DNA of 64,000 nt from NCBI RefSeq assembly GCF_009914755.1, contig NC_060942.1. One strand, 5' to 3'. The translations under genes and the position numbers were made by a program. Each line of letters opens with the position of its first letter. Position 1 is the stretch's first letter. This DNA is from the human T2T-CHM13v2.0 reference genome, Homo sapiens. Below are positions 28,940 to 43,593 of the stretch, piece after piece. The notes below the pieces were generated by a model. The model saw only the letters and a list, made by a program, of their open reading frames with translations, made no database searches and was not told the DNA's origin.

Positions 28940-29285
28940 CACGCTCCCCCTCTGGAGCCCGTTCCTGCTATTTCTCCTGCCTGAAATGCTCTGTGCCCCT
29001 TTCCTTCCATCTCTGCCTAAATGCTGCCTTATCAGAGAAGCCCACACGCCATGTAAAGAGCAGTACCCACTCCCTTGTCCTGTTGCCTATGTCCCCTACC
29101 CTGCCCTGGTTTGCTGTGTGGGACTTATCACCTATCCTATTAGATATCTGTTTATTTATTTATCATCTCTGCCCTAGGTGGAATGTTAGGTCCACAGAGA
29201 CAGGATCTCTGTACTCCTCACTGTCGTACTCCGGGCACCTGAGTGTATGGCAGGCACTTGGTTATTGAATGAAGGACTGAATGAA
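28940..29285 (+). mobile_element. L2 3' region
   Basis: ctcctgcctgaaatgctct...ggaatgttaggtccacagagacagg...ttattgaatgaaggactgaatgaa. Confidence 0.65.
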
Positions 29286-29497
29286 GGAGTCATAGGGGCT
29301 CTGTGTGTATTTGTGGAATGAAAGAGGGGGGAAGGAAGGACTTGACACTTAGAGCACCTAAGTATGGAAGGACTTAGGACATTGTCCCTTGGAAAGTGGG
29401 TGGTGATTGTCCCGGATAAAGGAAAACACCCCTCCCCACAAAGGGGTTGCCTTGAGAAAGTGGGTAGTTAGGAAGTCCTGGCTTCACGCTCAGGGGT

Positions 29498-29628
29498 AGG
29501 GTGGCTGTATGTCTCCTTTTCCAGGGGATAGGGCTCCTGTTGACACCTATTTCTCCAGCTAATGTTTCAAAGCACCCTCTTCCATTCTTAAAAGTTTCCC
29601 AATCTGGGTGATAAATACATGGTCACCC
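29498..29628. mobile_element. MER94-like hAT-Blackjack MITE
   Basis: Termini agggtggctgtat ... atacatggtcaccc; internal ttcttaaaagtttcccaatctgggtgataaat. Confidence 0.7.
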
Positions 29629-29809
29629 ACTTAAGGGATTTGATTGCATCAGGGATGGAGTTCTGTATATGAGAACTACATGCAGGGAGCACTGAGAGGA
29701 GTGACTCTGGGAGCACAGGCATTTTGTACCCTTGCCTGGACGGGGCCCTGAGGGAACGGGAGGCCGGCCTTCAGAGGACCACTGGGCGTGTGCAGTTAAC
29801 AGTTTGGTT

Positions 29810-30370
29810 TGTGTTTTTCTCCATGTTTCTCTGTATACAGAGGTATATAAATTTAAATATGTACATACATATGAAGTCCACCCCTGTTTTATTTTTACAG
29901 AAATGGTATTATGTCATACCGTACTTACCAAAGTCTTTTTTATTTCGTATTTCAGAATATCTTTGCTGGTCTGTACCTATTGATCTCCTTCGTTACCGTT
30001 ACTTTTAATTGCAGCATAATATTCTATAGATGGATATATCTGACTTATGCAGTCGTGCCCCTGTTGATGTGCTTTCAGACTATTTTCATATTCTACTGTT
30101 AAAAATACTTTTTTTGTGACAAAAGATATCTGTATGCATGTATCCGTATGCTGAGAGTGGGATTTCTGAGTCAAAGTGAATGTGCGTTTTTAAACAGTCA
30201 TCACCAGATGCTTTCCCCAAAGGAAGTACAGTTCTTCCTGCCTGCAGCAATGTTAGGCGTGCCCTTTCCTCACATCTTGCCCAGCAGTGGATGCTCAGAT
30301 CTTTTAATGTTTTTCTAATCTATCAGGTAAAAAATGAGATTATCTTTTCCTTTGGCTGTACATTTTTGAG
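29810..30370 (-). mobile_element. L1ME-type 3' fragment
   Basis: ttttaattgcagcataatattctata...gagagtgggatttctgagtcaaag...tttcctcacatcttgcccagca. Confidence 0.6.
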
Positions 30371-30599
30371 CCTTTATCATAGAGTCAAGTGTTGTAATGC
30401 ATTCTGTAACTCCAAGATATGTAGCATTTACTAACTGCAGTCATTCATTAAGTAAAACTTAGACCATTAGGAAGATATACTGTTTAAGTATTTAAATAAC
30501 TGAACACATCTTCCTGTGTTTTATCACTTTTTTTCATATCTAGGGCATTTCACATGTTTCCAGGTTTGGTTCCTAGGTATGGCTATTAAAGAACTTTCA

Positions 30600-30956
<357 letters not shown>

Positions 30957-31095
30957 TCAGAGATCTATATGTAAAATTTGTATAGTCATAGTTTTATGGT
31001 GGGTTATAATTGTCTCTAGTAGATTCTGTGAGTCTAAAACAATAGGAAGACTGTGCTCCATTAGCTTGTCATGCAATTTTTAACTTTGACAATAG

Positions 31096-31410
<315 letters not shown>

Positions 31411-32441
31411 GACAATAGGCTTTATTTACTCATTTATTGAGATACAATTGACGGAAGCTATAAATGCTAAATATTTCAAATGTGAAGGGATGAAATGTGA
31501 TGGAGGGGCAGGCAAAGGAGCAGTGGTGCCAGGTGTGGATTCTGTGTAGTGTGTGAATGGCGTCTCTGTCCCTTAAGCCCAAGGCAACAATGTGAATAGC
31601 CACTTGCGTACAGCAGCGTGCCATATTCAACTTGGCAGGTTTCCATCCCCAAGGGCCTTAGTGTGTTGTAAACACTTTATTGATTGATGTTCAATACATT
31701 GCAGCACAATATAAGAATATATTGTCATCATATAGTGATGAGGGGAATTGTGTTGTGGTGCCTCATGTTTGTAAGGGATGACATTTCGGGTAGACGTAGG
31801 AAAACCGTTTCACATGCTACAATTGTTGTATATTTCCTCTGTCCAATTGCACATGGGCCAGAGACTTATGTGTATGGGAAATGTTTCTTTGCTGCTTTAC
31901 CAGGATGTCGGTCATTTTGCTCGGATAGGGAAAACTGGAAAAAGAAAAAGAAAAAGATGTGCCCAGATACTTACTGGTTTTCGGCTTCCTGGTGAAAGTA
32001 CTTTATGAACATAGTGAAATGTGTCATTCTTTCTAATCCTTAAATCTGCATAGGCCATGCCCATAAGGGGCTAAGTGTGGGCTATGGGGTGGGAGTGTTG
32101 CTTTTCCTTCCCCCACCCTTGTTCATGCCTGTCTTAGCATGTGACTCTTGATAGTGAACTTGCCCAGATGCTTCAAGGTCACCATTTCCCATATTCTCTG
32201 GCAGCTGAAGAGCTGTTTGGATCTTGGAATATGGAGTGGGATGTTTGATATTGTCAAGAGAAATGTGGGTGAACAGTGCGTAGGTCCTCCTTGAGCCCCT
32301 GGGAAAGGCTTGACACCACAATTTAGAAACCCTTAACTTTCTTAAGGTTAACATCTGAAGAAAAGAAGTAATTTGTTCTGAGGATTTTTTTTCCCTTTTG
32401 TGATGTAGTTCATATTTTAATATGAATCTCGGAACTGCCTG

Positions 32442-32600
32442 AATAATAATAATAATAATAATGGATAAACTTAATGAGCCCATTTTATCAACTGTTATGC
32501 ATTATCTCATTTAATCCTTTGGTAACTTTGAGAAGGTACTGATGTTATCCTTTTTGTTGTTGAAGAAATTAAATAGCTTGCCAAGATCAAGCATGACTAG
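32442..32600 (-). mobile_element. MIR fragment
   Basis: (AAT)n then gcattatctcatttaatcctt...aaatagcttgccaagatca. Confidence 0.6.
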
Positions 32601-33224
32601 AGAGTAGCCCACACTTTATAGGACTTGGCTGAAAGCACTTTTTCTTAATGAGCAAATGTGTAATTGTTGGTTTACAGGGAAGTGGAGCCTGATTAATGTC
32701 GGGGCTGTTACACGGGCCATCAAGTTCTCTCCTCATGATGATGTTTTTAGCATCAGTTCGTTGATGTGTATCTCTGCTCAGTACTCTTTCACTTCCTGTG
32801 TTTTGGAATTAAAGAGGTGTTAGATTCCTTAAAAAAAAAAACAAAAAACCCTTATTTTTGTTTGGAAATGGTTCCCAAATGCACTGCTGGTGTAATTACC
32901 AAATGCTGACTTCTAGATAGATAGCTATAGTCACTGCATAAGCCACGTTGCTCACTCAATTCTCAATTGCATTTCTTTTAATAACAATTCCGAAGTTCTA
33001 ACATTATTTTTTTCATTTCTGTATCAAAAATGTGGTCTTCTCATACCTATGGCTGGAGATAAGTATGTTTATGGTTTAATTGGGTGGATATAAGGAGAGG
33101 GGCCCCTGGAAGTCCCCAGAGGTCTCTCCTGGATGCTTCTCATGCACTGACAGTGCTGTGATGAGAGTTTGTGAGTATAACAGAGGCAAACACTCATGAG
33201 GGCTGATAATTATAACTAAGTCTG

Positions 33225-33400
33225 GCACATAGGAGCACTATATCAGTGCTAGATGTATGTTTATTCATTTTACCTCTACAACCCTGTGGGGTAGGTATGA
33301 TTATGATTTTCATTTTCCAGAAGAAGCAGCTGAGATTATATGTTGGTCTCAAGACTGCACAGCTAGTAAGTTGCAGAGCTGGGATTCCAGTTCAGTTGGT
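33225..33400 (-). mobile_element. MIR
   Basis: ctacaaccctgtggggtaggt...cattttccagaagaagcagctgaga...cacagctagtaagttgcagagctgggattc. Confidence 0.72.
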
Positions 33401-34408
33401 CAGATTCTTTAACCAGTTCTTAACCTGCAGGCTAGATTTTAGCCTTATCCTGGTTCACATGTATTTAAATATTCTGGCCGGAGGATACCCCACTAAGTAT
33501 AAAATAGCTTTGAAATAAAGCTATTTCAAGGGAATGTCTAAGAAGGTATCTGAAGCATCTAAATGAAGAAACTAGCATTAGAAAACATACTAACTGGCAA
33601 TTTTATTTAGAATCATGTGGCTGTGCATTCCATTTCTTAAAGATAGTAAATTTTCTTAAGAAAAAGAATAAAGAAGAAAGCCTCTAGCATCTTAAGTTTC
33701 ACTCATTTCTGCTCCCTGACTTTTATTAGGTTACACCTGATTTATTTTAGCTTTCTCAGGGTATGGGACAATTGTTTATAGGATTGGTATGGTGTCTACT
33801 TAGTCTGCATTTGATAGGAGAAAGTATTTAAACTGCTCTTTTTGTTAGAGATGACAAATAAAAAGACCCATTGTGTTGTAACCATAGGGTTGATGAAATT
33901 TATGACCTCTTTGAGTTAGTTTTAAAATGTAGCTTAAAAATTAGACATTATTTATTTGTAAGAAATCACAAACATTTGAGGTTCACAAATAATTTGCTGA
34001 AGGGGCTTGGAGGAAGTCGTTTATGATTTTTTATTTTAAATGGGGCTCAGATGCTGCCTCTTTCCTCTCTGTCTTGGGCATTGGGGGGGTGCAAGTTATG
34101 CTGGCCAGAGGGCCCTGAGACTGAAACCTACTCTGGATACTTTTTTAGTGTTCATGTGGTTTAGTATCCTGCAGTGGTTTTGGGGTGAGTGCAAATTTAA
34201 GAGTAAAAAGCCAGTTTATAAGAGAGAAGCTTGTTCCTTGTTTGCTTTTTACCTGCTGCTGTGTAATGTTTAGCCCCTATTTGAGGTCATGTCCATGAGG
34301 CTTAGTGTCTCTGAGTAATCAATGAGGAAGAACAGTCTCATGTCAGGCTTGCCATGCACATTTAATGACGACTGCCCATGAAATCCCTGGCACTGGATTG
34401 GCTTGCCA

Positions 34409-34716
34409 TTTTTTTTTTTTTTTTTTTTGAGATGGGGTCTTGCTCTGTCGCCTAGACTAGAGTACAGTGGTGCAATCATGCCTTACTGCAGCCTCGAACT
34501 CCTGGGCTCAAGCCATCCATCCTCCCTCCTCAGCCTCTCGAGTAGCTAGGACTACCAGTGTGTGCCACCGTGCCTGGCTAATTAAAAAAATGTTTTTATA
34601 GAGACAGGGCCTTGCTTTGTTGCCCAGGCTGGTATCAAACTCCTGGCTGGAAGGGATCCTCCCACCTCAGCCTCCGAAAGCACTGGGATTATAGGCGTGA
34701 GCCACTGTGCCCAGCT
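34409..34716 (-). mobile_element. AluJ
   Basis: ctgcagcctcgaactcctgggctcaagc; full antisense dimer. Confidence 0.92.
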
Positions 34717-35380
34717 TGGATCACCATTCTTAACTGTAACCATCCTTTCCTTTCTTTCTTCATCTTCAGTGACAAGTAAAGTATCTTATTGGATGTGGGA
34801 GATTGGCATAGGAAGTTAGAGAATGACTTCCCAAAGTCACTCTTTTCTGTGGGAAGAGACCTAGAAATCCTGGTGTGAGAAGTAATTTGAGGGGATCAAG
34901 AACTTCTTGATTAAAGGATGGATTTGTTTTCTTTTGTTGCATAATAAATTGCTACAAATTTAGCAAATTAAAACAACACTCACTTATTAGCTCTCAGTTC
35001 TGCAAGGCTGAAGTGAGCGGGCTTGCTATGCTCAGGGTATCAGGAAGCCCAGATCAAGGTGTCTCCTGACTCAGCCTTTACCTGGAGGCTCTGGGGAAGA
35101 ATGCACCCCCAGGCTCATTCAGGTTGTTGGGGGAATCCAGTTGCTTGTAGTTGTCAGTCTGAGGTTCCTGTTTTCTCCCTGATATCAGCAGGGGGTTGCT
35201 CGCAGCTTTTCAAGGCTATCTGCCTGCCTTTTCCTGTGGCTCCCTCCCTCTTCAGGGCCTGCAGTGGTTTATCCAGTGGAAGCTCTCTGACTTTTCCCTG
35301 GACACCAGTCTAAGAAAGCGCTCCACTGAGAACAGCCTCAGTGATTAGGTCAGACTCAGAAATTAGAATCTCCTATTCTG

Positions 35381-36228
35381 TTTTTTCAGTTATGGTAGCC
35401 TGGTGTGGTGGTACATGCCTGTAGTCCTAGCTATTCGGGAGACTGAGGCAGGAGGATTCCTTGAGCCCAGGGGTTAAAGGTTGCAGGGAGCTATACACCA
35501 CTGCACTCTAGCCTGGGTGACAGAGGGAGACCTCATTTAAAAAAAAATAAATAAATAAAATAAATGAATGAATAAAATAAATAACATGGTAAGAACACGT
35601 AACATGGGATCATAAGATCTACTCTTTGAGCATATTTTTGAGTGTACCATATGTTATTGTTGATTATGGTACAATATAGTACAGCAGATCTCTAGAACTT
35701 ATCTTGGAGTACTGAAACTTTATACCTGCTGATTAGGAACTCCCCATTTCCCTCTCCCCGAGCCCTGGCAACCGTAATTCTATTCTATGCCTCCATGAGT
35801 TTGAATGTTTTAGATGCTTTGTATAAATAGAATCATACGCTATTTGTCCTTTTGTGTTGGCTTATTTCACTTAACAAAATGTCCCCAAGGTTCATCCATG
35901 TTATCGCACATTGCAGAATTTCCTTCTCTTTAAAGGTGAATAATAATACATTGTATGTATATGACACAGTTTCTTTATCCATTAATCTGTCCATGGACAT
36001 TTTGGTCTTTTCTACATCCTGGTTGTTGTTAATAGTCCTGAAATAAATTTGGGAGTACTAATAGCTCTTCAGGATCCTGATTTCAATTTCTTTTTTGGGT
36101 AAATACACCTAAGTGGGATTGCTGGATCATATGATGTTTCTGTTTTTAATTTTTTTGAGGAATCTCTATACTGTTTTCCATAATAGCAAAACCAATTTAC
36201 ATTCCCAACAACTGTGTACAAGGGTTTC
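35381..36228 (-). mobile_element. L1MA (MA9/10-like) 3' fragment inserted in the MLT1E
   Basis: atggtaagaacac...gtacagcagatctctagaacttat...aagtgggattgctggatcatatg. Confidence 0.8.
35397..35583 (+). mobile_element. Alu right monomer (FRAM / AluJ arm) inside the L1MA
   Basis: agcctggtgtggtggtacatgcctgtagtcc...ggaggattccttgagcccagg plus (AAAT)n tail; atggta repeated on both sides. Confidence 0.85.
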
Positions 36229-37127
36229 AGTGATACTCTCCCACTCTTAAGGCCAACTGTGCCATCTAACAACATGGCAAAATCATGTTATGATCATTAT
36301 TATGCTTATGATGATAGGCACACGATTATAAACGTAATCACAGGAGTGGCACATCATCATAGTCACGAGTTCTACAGGATGTGGGATCTGGGGTGGGTAA
36401 GTGCATTTTTAAAATTCCACCCACCACCAGGGTCATCTCAGAATGCCTCCAAGTGCCCCTGCCCCTGTCTGAACCCTGCTGGAACAAGCCCAAGCTTGTA
36501 CTGTTATTTGCTGGCCTGATGAACATCCTATTTCAGTAGTGATGGCTAATTTTATTTCATATTAAGGGATTTGTGGAAAGAAATTTTAACTAAAGTATGA
36601 TCATTGTATCTTGATGCCCCGAAGGGTGTGAGAGATTCTTAAAGATGATAGTAAACGTATTAGAAAAGGAGCAATTACTGTTCTAGCTTTGTAGAACTAT
36701 TTATATCCAGACTCTTAATGTGTATTATAGGTGAGACAAAGACATAATATGGATTAGTTCATTGCTTATTTTATTGTGAGAAGGAGTCTATGGAACTGGG
36801 TCACTGGAATTTTTACAAATATAATTGAGATTATGGATCATAAGTTAGAAGGTTGATTGTATGAATGGGCAAATGTAGCATTACCATGTTGATAGTTACC
36901 AAGTCCTAGGGCCACACAGCAAAAGCAAAACCATTAGAAGTAGTTTTCCTAAGGCTATTGGTTTTTTTTTTGTTTGTTTGTTTTTAAGTTTACCTCCTAA
37001 GGACTCCTCAGAGCCACTAGGCAAGGTCAGGCTGTAATTCATCTCTAGAAAGAGCACCTGATGGTTAAAATGGAGTCAATATCCATTACTTTATCATAGA
37101 GATGATCTCACAAAAGGGCACCTGCAT

Positions 37128-37290
37128 CATTTAGGGTGCTTTGGTTGCAAGCAATAAAATTGGACTGCAGTTCACTTAAAGCAGAAAAGGAATTTATTAT
37201 AAGGACATGAGGAAGCTCACAGACTCTAGTGGCAGGCCAGAAAACTGGGCTCAGAATAAAGATTGAGAGAGATAGAGGGTAGTTTTAGGG
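37128..37290 (-). mobile_element. Old MaLR LTR fragment (MLT1K/N-like)
   Basis: tagggtgctttggttgcaagcaata...ttaaagcagaaaaggaatttatt...gctcacaga. Confidence 0.5.
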
Positions 37291-38911
37291 AGCAGGATCT
37301 ACTATCTAACTACTGCCCTGTCTTTTCAGGGCATGTTGTAAAAAATGAAATAGAATCATGTCTCTGTCCTTGCACCATCCCAGTCAAGACCCAGAGTCCT
37401 TTGGAGAAAGGTCCATGGGACAAGGATCTCCCAGGTCTGCACCTGATGGAGGGATAAATCCATCAAAATGACTCGGGATGCTATTACTAACCAAAGAGAG
37501 AATGAATAGATGCTGGGGGCAAAACTCTAAAGCAAAAACCTGATGTTTACTGTAGAATCTCTTGTTACTTAAAATGCTTTCTCAAAAACTACTCAAAAAA
37601 TGCATTGAGTGGTAATTTAAAAAACACTTTTGCCTTAAACAATAGTCTTTTATTACTACACAACCACTGCCTTAAATCATAGAAACCCCAAAGCACTCCT
37701 CCCAGTTAAGTTAGAATATTTCAGGCATATTCTTATTTGCATAATATCAATGAAATCCTTTGACTAGTGTATAAGAAGGGTCCATTTAGCATATCATGAT
37801 GAAAACGGATTGCCAAAAAAAAAAAACTGCAAGCAAATACAGAGGAGCCAAAAATCATTGTCTGTTATCCTGGAGTCATGTTCACTGATTATTTATTTGT
37901 AAGGTGAATATAAACTACAAAAATAATCCTCATTCTATTTGTTGCATGATAATGGCTTTTAAAATGAACATTTGTGTCTAACATGAAAAAAACCTCTGTA
38001 TCTAACAGTTTATGGGTAAGTGATCATGTTCTAATAGCATTGTATCAAAAGCTGCTTTTCTTTATAAATCCTTATATTTAATCCCTCCAACCAGCCAACA
38101 AGCCACAAGCTTCCCAGGGAATTAATTTAAGATTGAAGATAAAAAAGAGGCCAAAGTTAATGACATCAGAGAGAAAGCTCCTGAAAGAAGTAATAGTTTC
38201 AAAAAGATTTTGACTGTTTTATAAGACAAATATAAGCTGTCGTAGAAAGAATTGTTATAAAATAAGGTTATTGCTTCTGGCTTATTCAAAATGATTTTTT
38301 CTAGTTTATAACCTCAACTAATCTTGTAATAACATTTTAAAGTAAAATTTTAATGTGTACCTTGGGAATGACACTGACCAGTTTTACTATTAGATTGCAA
38401 AAAATGTTTTAAATATTGATAATGTAATTTTGTCAAGAGCAGATCATCACTTTTGATAGCACAGAATTCTATACTTAAAATATGAGATTTCTAAATTCAC
38501 AGCAAAAAGGATTTTGTTGTGAATGAGATAAAATTTAAGATTTAATTGTGGTCTGGCAAGGAAATAATAGCATAAAACCACCAGGGAAATTCAAATATGA
38601 TAATTTTGGTGAATGTTCTCAATTTTAAATAAAAATTTTTTAATGTAATGACTTTACCTATGGTGGGATTGAAGCAATACATTATTTACACATTTAATCT
38701 TATTTTGATTTACTCTAATTTATTTGATATCAGCAGCCTGTTAGATGATAATTTAAAAATCCGCTGCTACCATAGTTGCTTTAGGAAACCTTCCTGATGA
38801 TAATTTTATTCACTAGAATAATTTAAGTTTCCATTTAAAATGCGTATTTAAACATTATAATGTGTTGGCAGCAGAAGATGTTTATATCAGGTAGAATGAT
38901 GATTTCCTTAA

Positions 38912-39318
<407 letters not shown>

Positions 39319-42300
39319 AAAATTTTTTTAAAAATTAAAAACATTCTCTAGTCGTGCCTTCATGGAGGCATACTGAGCATATGGCATCATATTTTGTCAC
39401 ACTCTCACGTATCTGCGAGTGTAAGCTACTTCCCAGCCCGGTAGCACTTTTGAAAGACTTACATTGGGCTTTTTGTGGCGGAAATGGGGAGCAGGATTTG
39501 TTCTTTGTCTTTCTGAACCTGTTTTAGCACTGCACACCCTCTCCTGATAGTGCCTGTGGCTTCTCTAAGGGAGCTTTATTCCTCAGAGAAGAAACCTCTG
39601 CTAGAAGAAAGGAAAGAGAATAATGGAGAAGGAAAGATTCTGTGGGGGAAATACACAAGATGGTCCTTCCAGAAAAGCTGCTCAGACATCTGAAGCTTTT
39701 GTCTATGAGTATTGTTGGCCAATTGTTGGAGGACTGAGGCTTCTACCTTTCTTCCTGCGAAGGTCGAGGACAGGTTAGGTGTTGGGTAAAACTAAACCCC
39801 AGATGATGGCCTTCAGGAGTATTCCAAGGTCAGCATGTGATGGGGAGAGAAGAGTTGTGGAAGAAGACTTTATGCCCAAGACTTTGGGAAGAGAGTAGTC
39901 CAGGCCCTTTCCAGGGATTTGCTGTAAGGTGACACCTGTTCCCCTTCTGGCATCTCTCATCCCGTGCGTTTGACTTTTGTTGGAACATCCAGCACGGTTG
40001 GTTGTGGCCAACTTGTCAGGAATAAATTTATTCCTGTATTTGATTTTGTCAGCCAGGGAAGATTTATGAGACAGAGCTGCTGTCTGGATATCCCTTAGAA
40101 GGAGACAGTGCTCCTGGTGGCTTGGGTGGCTTCTTGCCTCTCTAGTGCTGGAAGAAACCCTCAGCCCTGGTGACTGTGAGGGAGGTTTCAGCAACTAAAT
40201 GCAAAATAGCATACTGATCTAGCTTTAAGAATTTCAGGAGTTACTCATTTAGTTTTTATTTTGTGCCTGTAGTCCAAACAGGATCTCAGCTAGGAATATG
40301 ACATGTCCTGTTCTTAAGGATCTGATTATAATATGGAAGGAAAGAGGATAGGTATGTAGGTAATTCAAGTACAAATGCCACATAAATGAGATATAAAGTA
40401 ACTGGGATTCATGGAAGAAAGAACTACATCCTGGTTGACGAGATTTTAAAAAAGTTTGTATCAATCAATCAAAAACTTTGTGTCAATGCAGAGAAGATAA
40501 GTTAAAGAAGAAGGAGCAGCTGTAGAAGTCCCTGAGTTCTAGGCAGTGTCATCTCAGACTGTTCGGGATTGGGCTCAAAGGGCTGGAAAGGTCTCAGGCA
40601 CATCAGGTGCACGCACCCTTGGAGCCACAGTAGCAATGCCCTCCCTCGGCCCACCCCATGTCTCTTTGAGGTGGCTTTTGGATTTTCTCCTCACCAAGGA
40701 AAGATGTTGATCTCCTCATACTTAGGAAATACTCCACAAATGCTTTTAAAATTCCAATGACATCTACGCTAGGGTTACAGTTAAGCCCTATGGCCTCCTG
40801 CTCATTTTTTAATCAACTTGATCTCAGGCCTGAAAGTAACCAGAATGTTCATGTGTACTGTTCTTCCATGAGGTAATTAATTGAATGAGCAGGATGAATG
40901 GGAACTTGAAATTAACAATGAGCTATTGAAAAAATAAGCAACAAGTAATAATTGCTCCATTAATGGACTTTCCTTGTCTGTTGACATGACTGCCTTTATT
41001 CTTATTTACTGCACTCGTTAAGATGGTAATAAGTATTATCTTTTAATTTTTTAAAAATAATATTCTTAATTCATATTGGTGGTTTACACTCAGTGTTTTT
41101 ACTGAATAATGTGCCTTCCTACAAAGAGCTTAACATGAAGGTGATAAATCATTATCCTTTATCACTCATTGCTCTATTTACATTATCTTTTACATTCACG
41201 TGCCTTAGGCATTTATACTGTATAAAGAGACTACTGTATGGACACTTTGTTTTTTTAAAAATTATCATCAGAAATCAAAGGAGGGATCCATTTGCCAAAT
41301 GGGCACCATAAAGACCTTTTAATAACAGCTACAGAAATCAATCTCATTCAGCAGCAAATCCTGAATTGTGATAGATGATCTGTATATCATCAAAGCTACA
41401 GAAAGCTAGACTTCTCTGTTACCATTCCTGTCTAGAAGAGCACATGTAAATACACATAGATTCACAATGGCCCTCTTGCTAGTCACAGGTGGTCACCAGT
41501 GTGCAGTGGAAGCTGCATTTCTGTAAGGTAATTTGTTAGTTGCTTGGAATGGTTTTCTTAAAAGAAATTGTGTTTTAAACTGTAGTTAGGTTCTGAGGTC
41601 AGCTCTCAAGGTACATATTTAACCATTGTGTATTCTTCCATTGTTCTACTTTATATGTTATTTACATTATTATACATATCACATTATTTTATACTTTCTT
41701 TTATTTGTTGGAATGGCTTACTGGGCTGAGAGTACCTTATAAACAGGGACAGTGTGTCTTAAAAAGTGCTCAGGCCTATTCTTGGCAAATATGATTTGTT
41801 AGGTATTTTTAAAGTGAATGAAAGTTGACATTTAATAGGTTCTAGAGAACTATATGTCTGATAAGTGTTTTCAAGAGAGAAGTTTATTCAGAATTTCAAG
41901 TCTGAAAGCCAGGAAATATTCCTGGCATATATAAATTGAAGAATGTCTGCAAGTGATATAGTTCAGTACTTTAAAATTATGGTTGTTACCTAAAGTTCAT
42001 TAACTCTTATTGCCTTGATAAAGCTCTTCAGGGAAAGCCTAACATTTCTTCAGCTACATAGTTATCAGAAATAAAGAGTTAGTACTGAGCTTCAGGGCAG
42101 GCCTTCTTCAAGTGTATACTTCTTTTCTGATTCAAAGATAAATTAAGTTATGATTATATGTATATTGAGTTCTTTGGGTTTTTTTGGAATTTTAATGGAA
42201 TGTGAAACATGCCATTACAATAGATTTCAAAAGCTTAGTCCTATAACACAGAAAAATATTTACCTTTTTTTCACTATGGAGGTGAGGGTATTTCTGAGAT

Positions 42301-42868
42301 GCCACATCTCGACTAAGTAATTTTTAAAAGAGAATTATTCAGTAAATGTTTTGATTTTATTTTTTTTTATTTTTAAGACCTTGCATTATTCTAACCAACT
42401 TCTTTATAGGGAAATATATGTAAATCAGAGTGCTTTTGCGTTTGGAAATATTGGAAGCAAGAATTCCAAAATGTTTTATGTTGAACATATGGGAACAGCA
42501 TGGAAATTTGTGAGCAGTGCTTTAAATAAAAACCTGAATCATATTATATGTCTATATTTTGAGATTTAAATCTCTGTTAAACTAGCCCCATTCTGACTGC
42601 CAGGCATTTGAGGAGACACCATGTCTTAATTTTCTCTTATCTCAAGTGACACTCACAGAGCCTGGTACATAATAGAGCTACCGATGTTCGTGGGAGGAGT
42701 GGAGTATGAAAACTGACTTTGGCATGTTGAAAACCAAATTCGGTATTTCGGTGCCTTTTTTTTCTGGGATATTATATCTCATATAGTCCTAACTGCATAT
42801 TAAAATCAGTGATGGTACCTTTGATCAAGCCTGAGGATATTAAATAACTTTAAGAAGTCAGAGCGTGA

Positions 42869-43593
42869 GGCTAGGCACCATAGTTCACACCTGTAATCCC
42901 AGCACTTTGGTACTTTGGGAGGTTGAGGCAGGAGGTTCTCTTGAGTCCAGGAGTTCAAGACTGGCCTGGGCAACATAGTGAGACCCTGTTTCTGAAACAG
43001 AAAAAACAAAAAACAACAAAAACAAAAAAACAATTGGTCATGGTGGCACATGCTCGTAGTCCAAGCTACTCAGGCGGCTGAGGTGGGAGGATGGCTAGAT
43101 CCCAGGAGGTTAAGGAGGTGGGAGGATGGCTAGATCCCAGGAGGTTAAGGAGGTGGGAGGATGGCTAGATCCCAGGAGGTTAAGGAGGTGGGAGGATGGC
43201 TAGATCCCAGGAGGTTAAGGAGGTGGAGGATGGCTAGATCCCAGGAGGTTAAGGAGGTGGAGGATGGCTAGATCCCAGGAGGTTAAGGAGGTGGAGGATG
43301 GCTAGATCCCAGGAGGTTAAGGAGGTGGAGGATGGCTAGATCCCAGGAGGTTAAGGAGGTGGAGGATGGCTAGATCCCAGGAGGTTAAGGAGGTGGAGGA
43401 TGGCTAGATCCCAGGAGGTTAAGGAGGTGGAGGATGGCTAGATCCCAGGAGGTTAAGGAGGTGGAGGATGGCTAGATCCCAGGAGGTTAAGGAGGTGGAG
43501 GATGGCTAGATCCCAGGAGGTTAAGGCTATAGTGAGCCAAGTCACAGCACTGCTCTCCCGCCTGGGTGACAGTATGAAACCTTTCTTAAAAAA
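42869..43593 (+). mobile_element. AluJ containing an internal minisatellite
   Basis: Left arm 42869-~42995, linker, right arm interrupted at 43081-43526, then ctatagtgagcc...cctgggtgacag. Confidence 0.92.
43081..43526 (+). repeat. Alu-derived minisatellite: 4 x 35 bp + 9 x 34 bp, AGGTGG(G)AGGATGGCTAGATCCCAGGAGGTTAAGG
   Basis: 13 units counted by hand (4x35 + 9x34 = 446 bp); no substitutions seen between units. Confidence 0.97.

Larger units (their letters stand above)
34920..36428 (-). mobile_element. MLT1E-like MaLR LTR in two pieces (34920-35378, 36236-36428)
   Basis: ttaaaacaacactcacttattagctctcagttctg...ctggaggctctggggaagaat...aggctcattcaggttgttgg; resumes ttaaggccaactgtgcca...taatcacaggagtg. 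Confidence 0.7.

Noticed and set aside
33502-33526. AAATAGCTTT-gaaat-AAAGCTATTT hairpin as a pre-miRNA or terminator
   Set aside because: The 10-bp AT-rich stem is far too short for a pre-miRNA, and intrinsic terminators do not apply here.
43081-43526. 34/35-bp repeats as a CRISPR array
   Set aside because: Units are head to tail with no spacers, derive from the Alu right arm, and there are no cas genes in this primate DNA.
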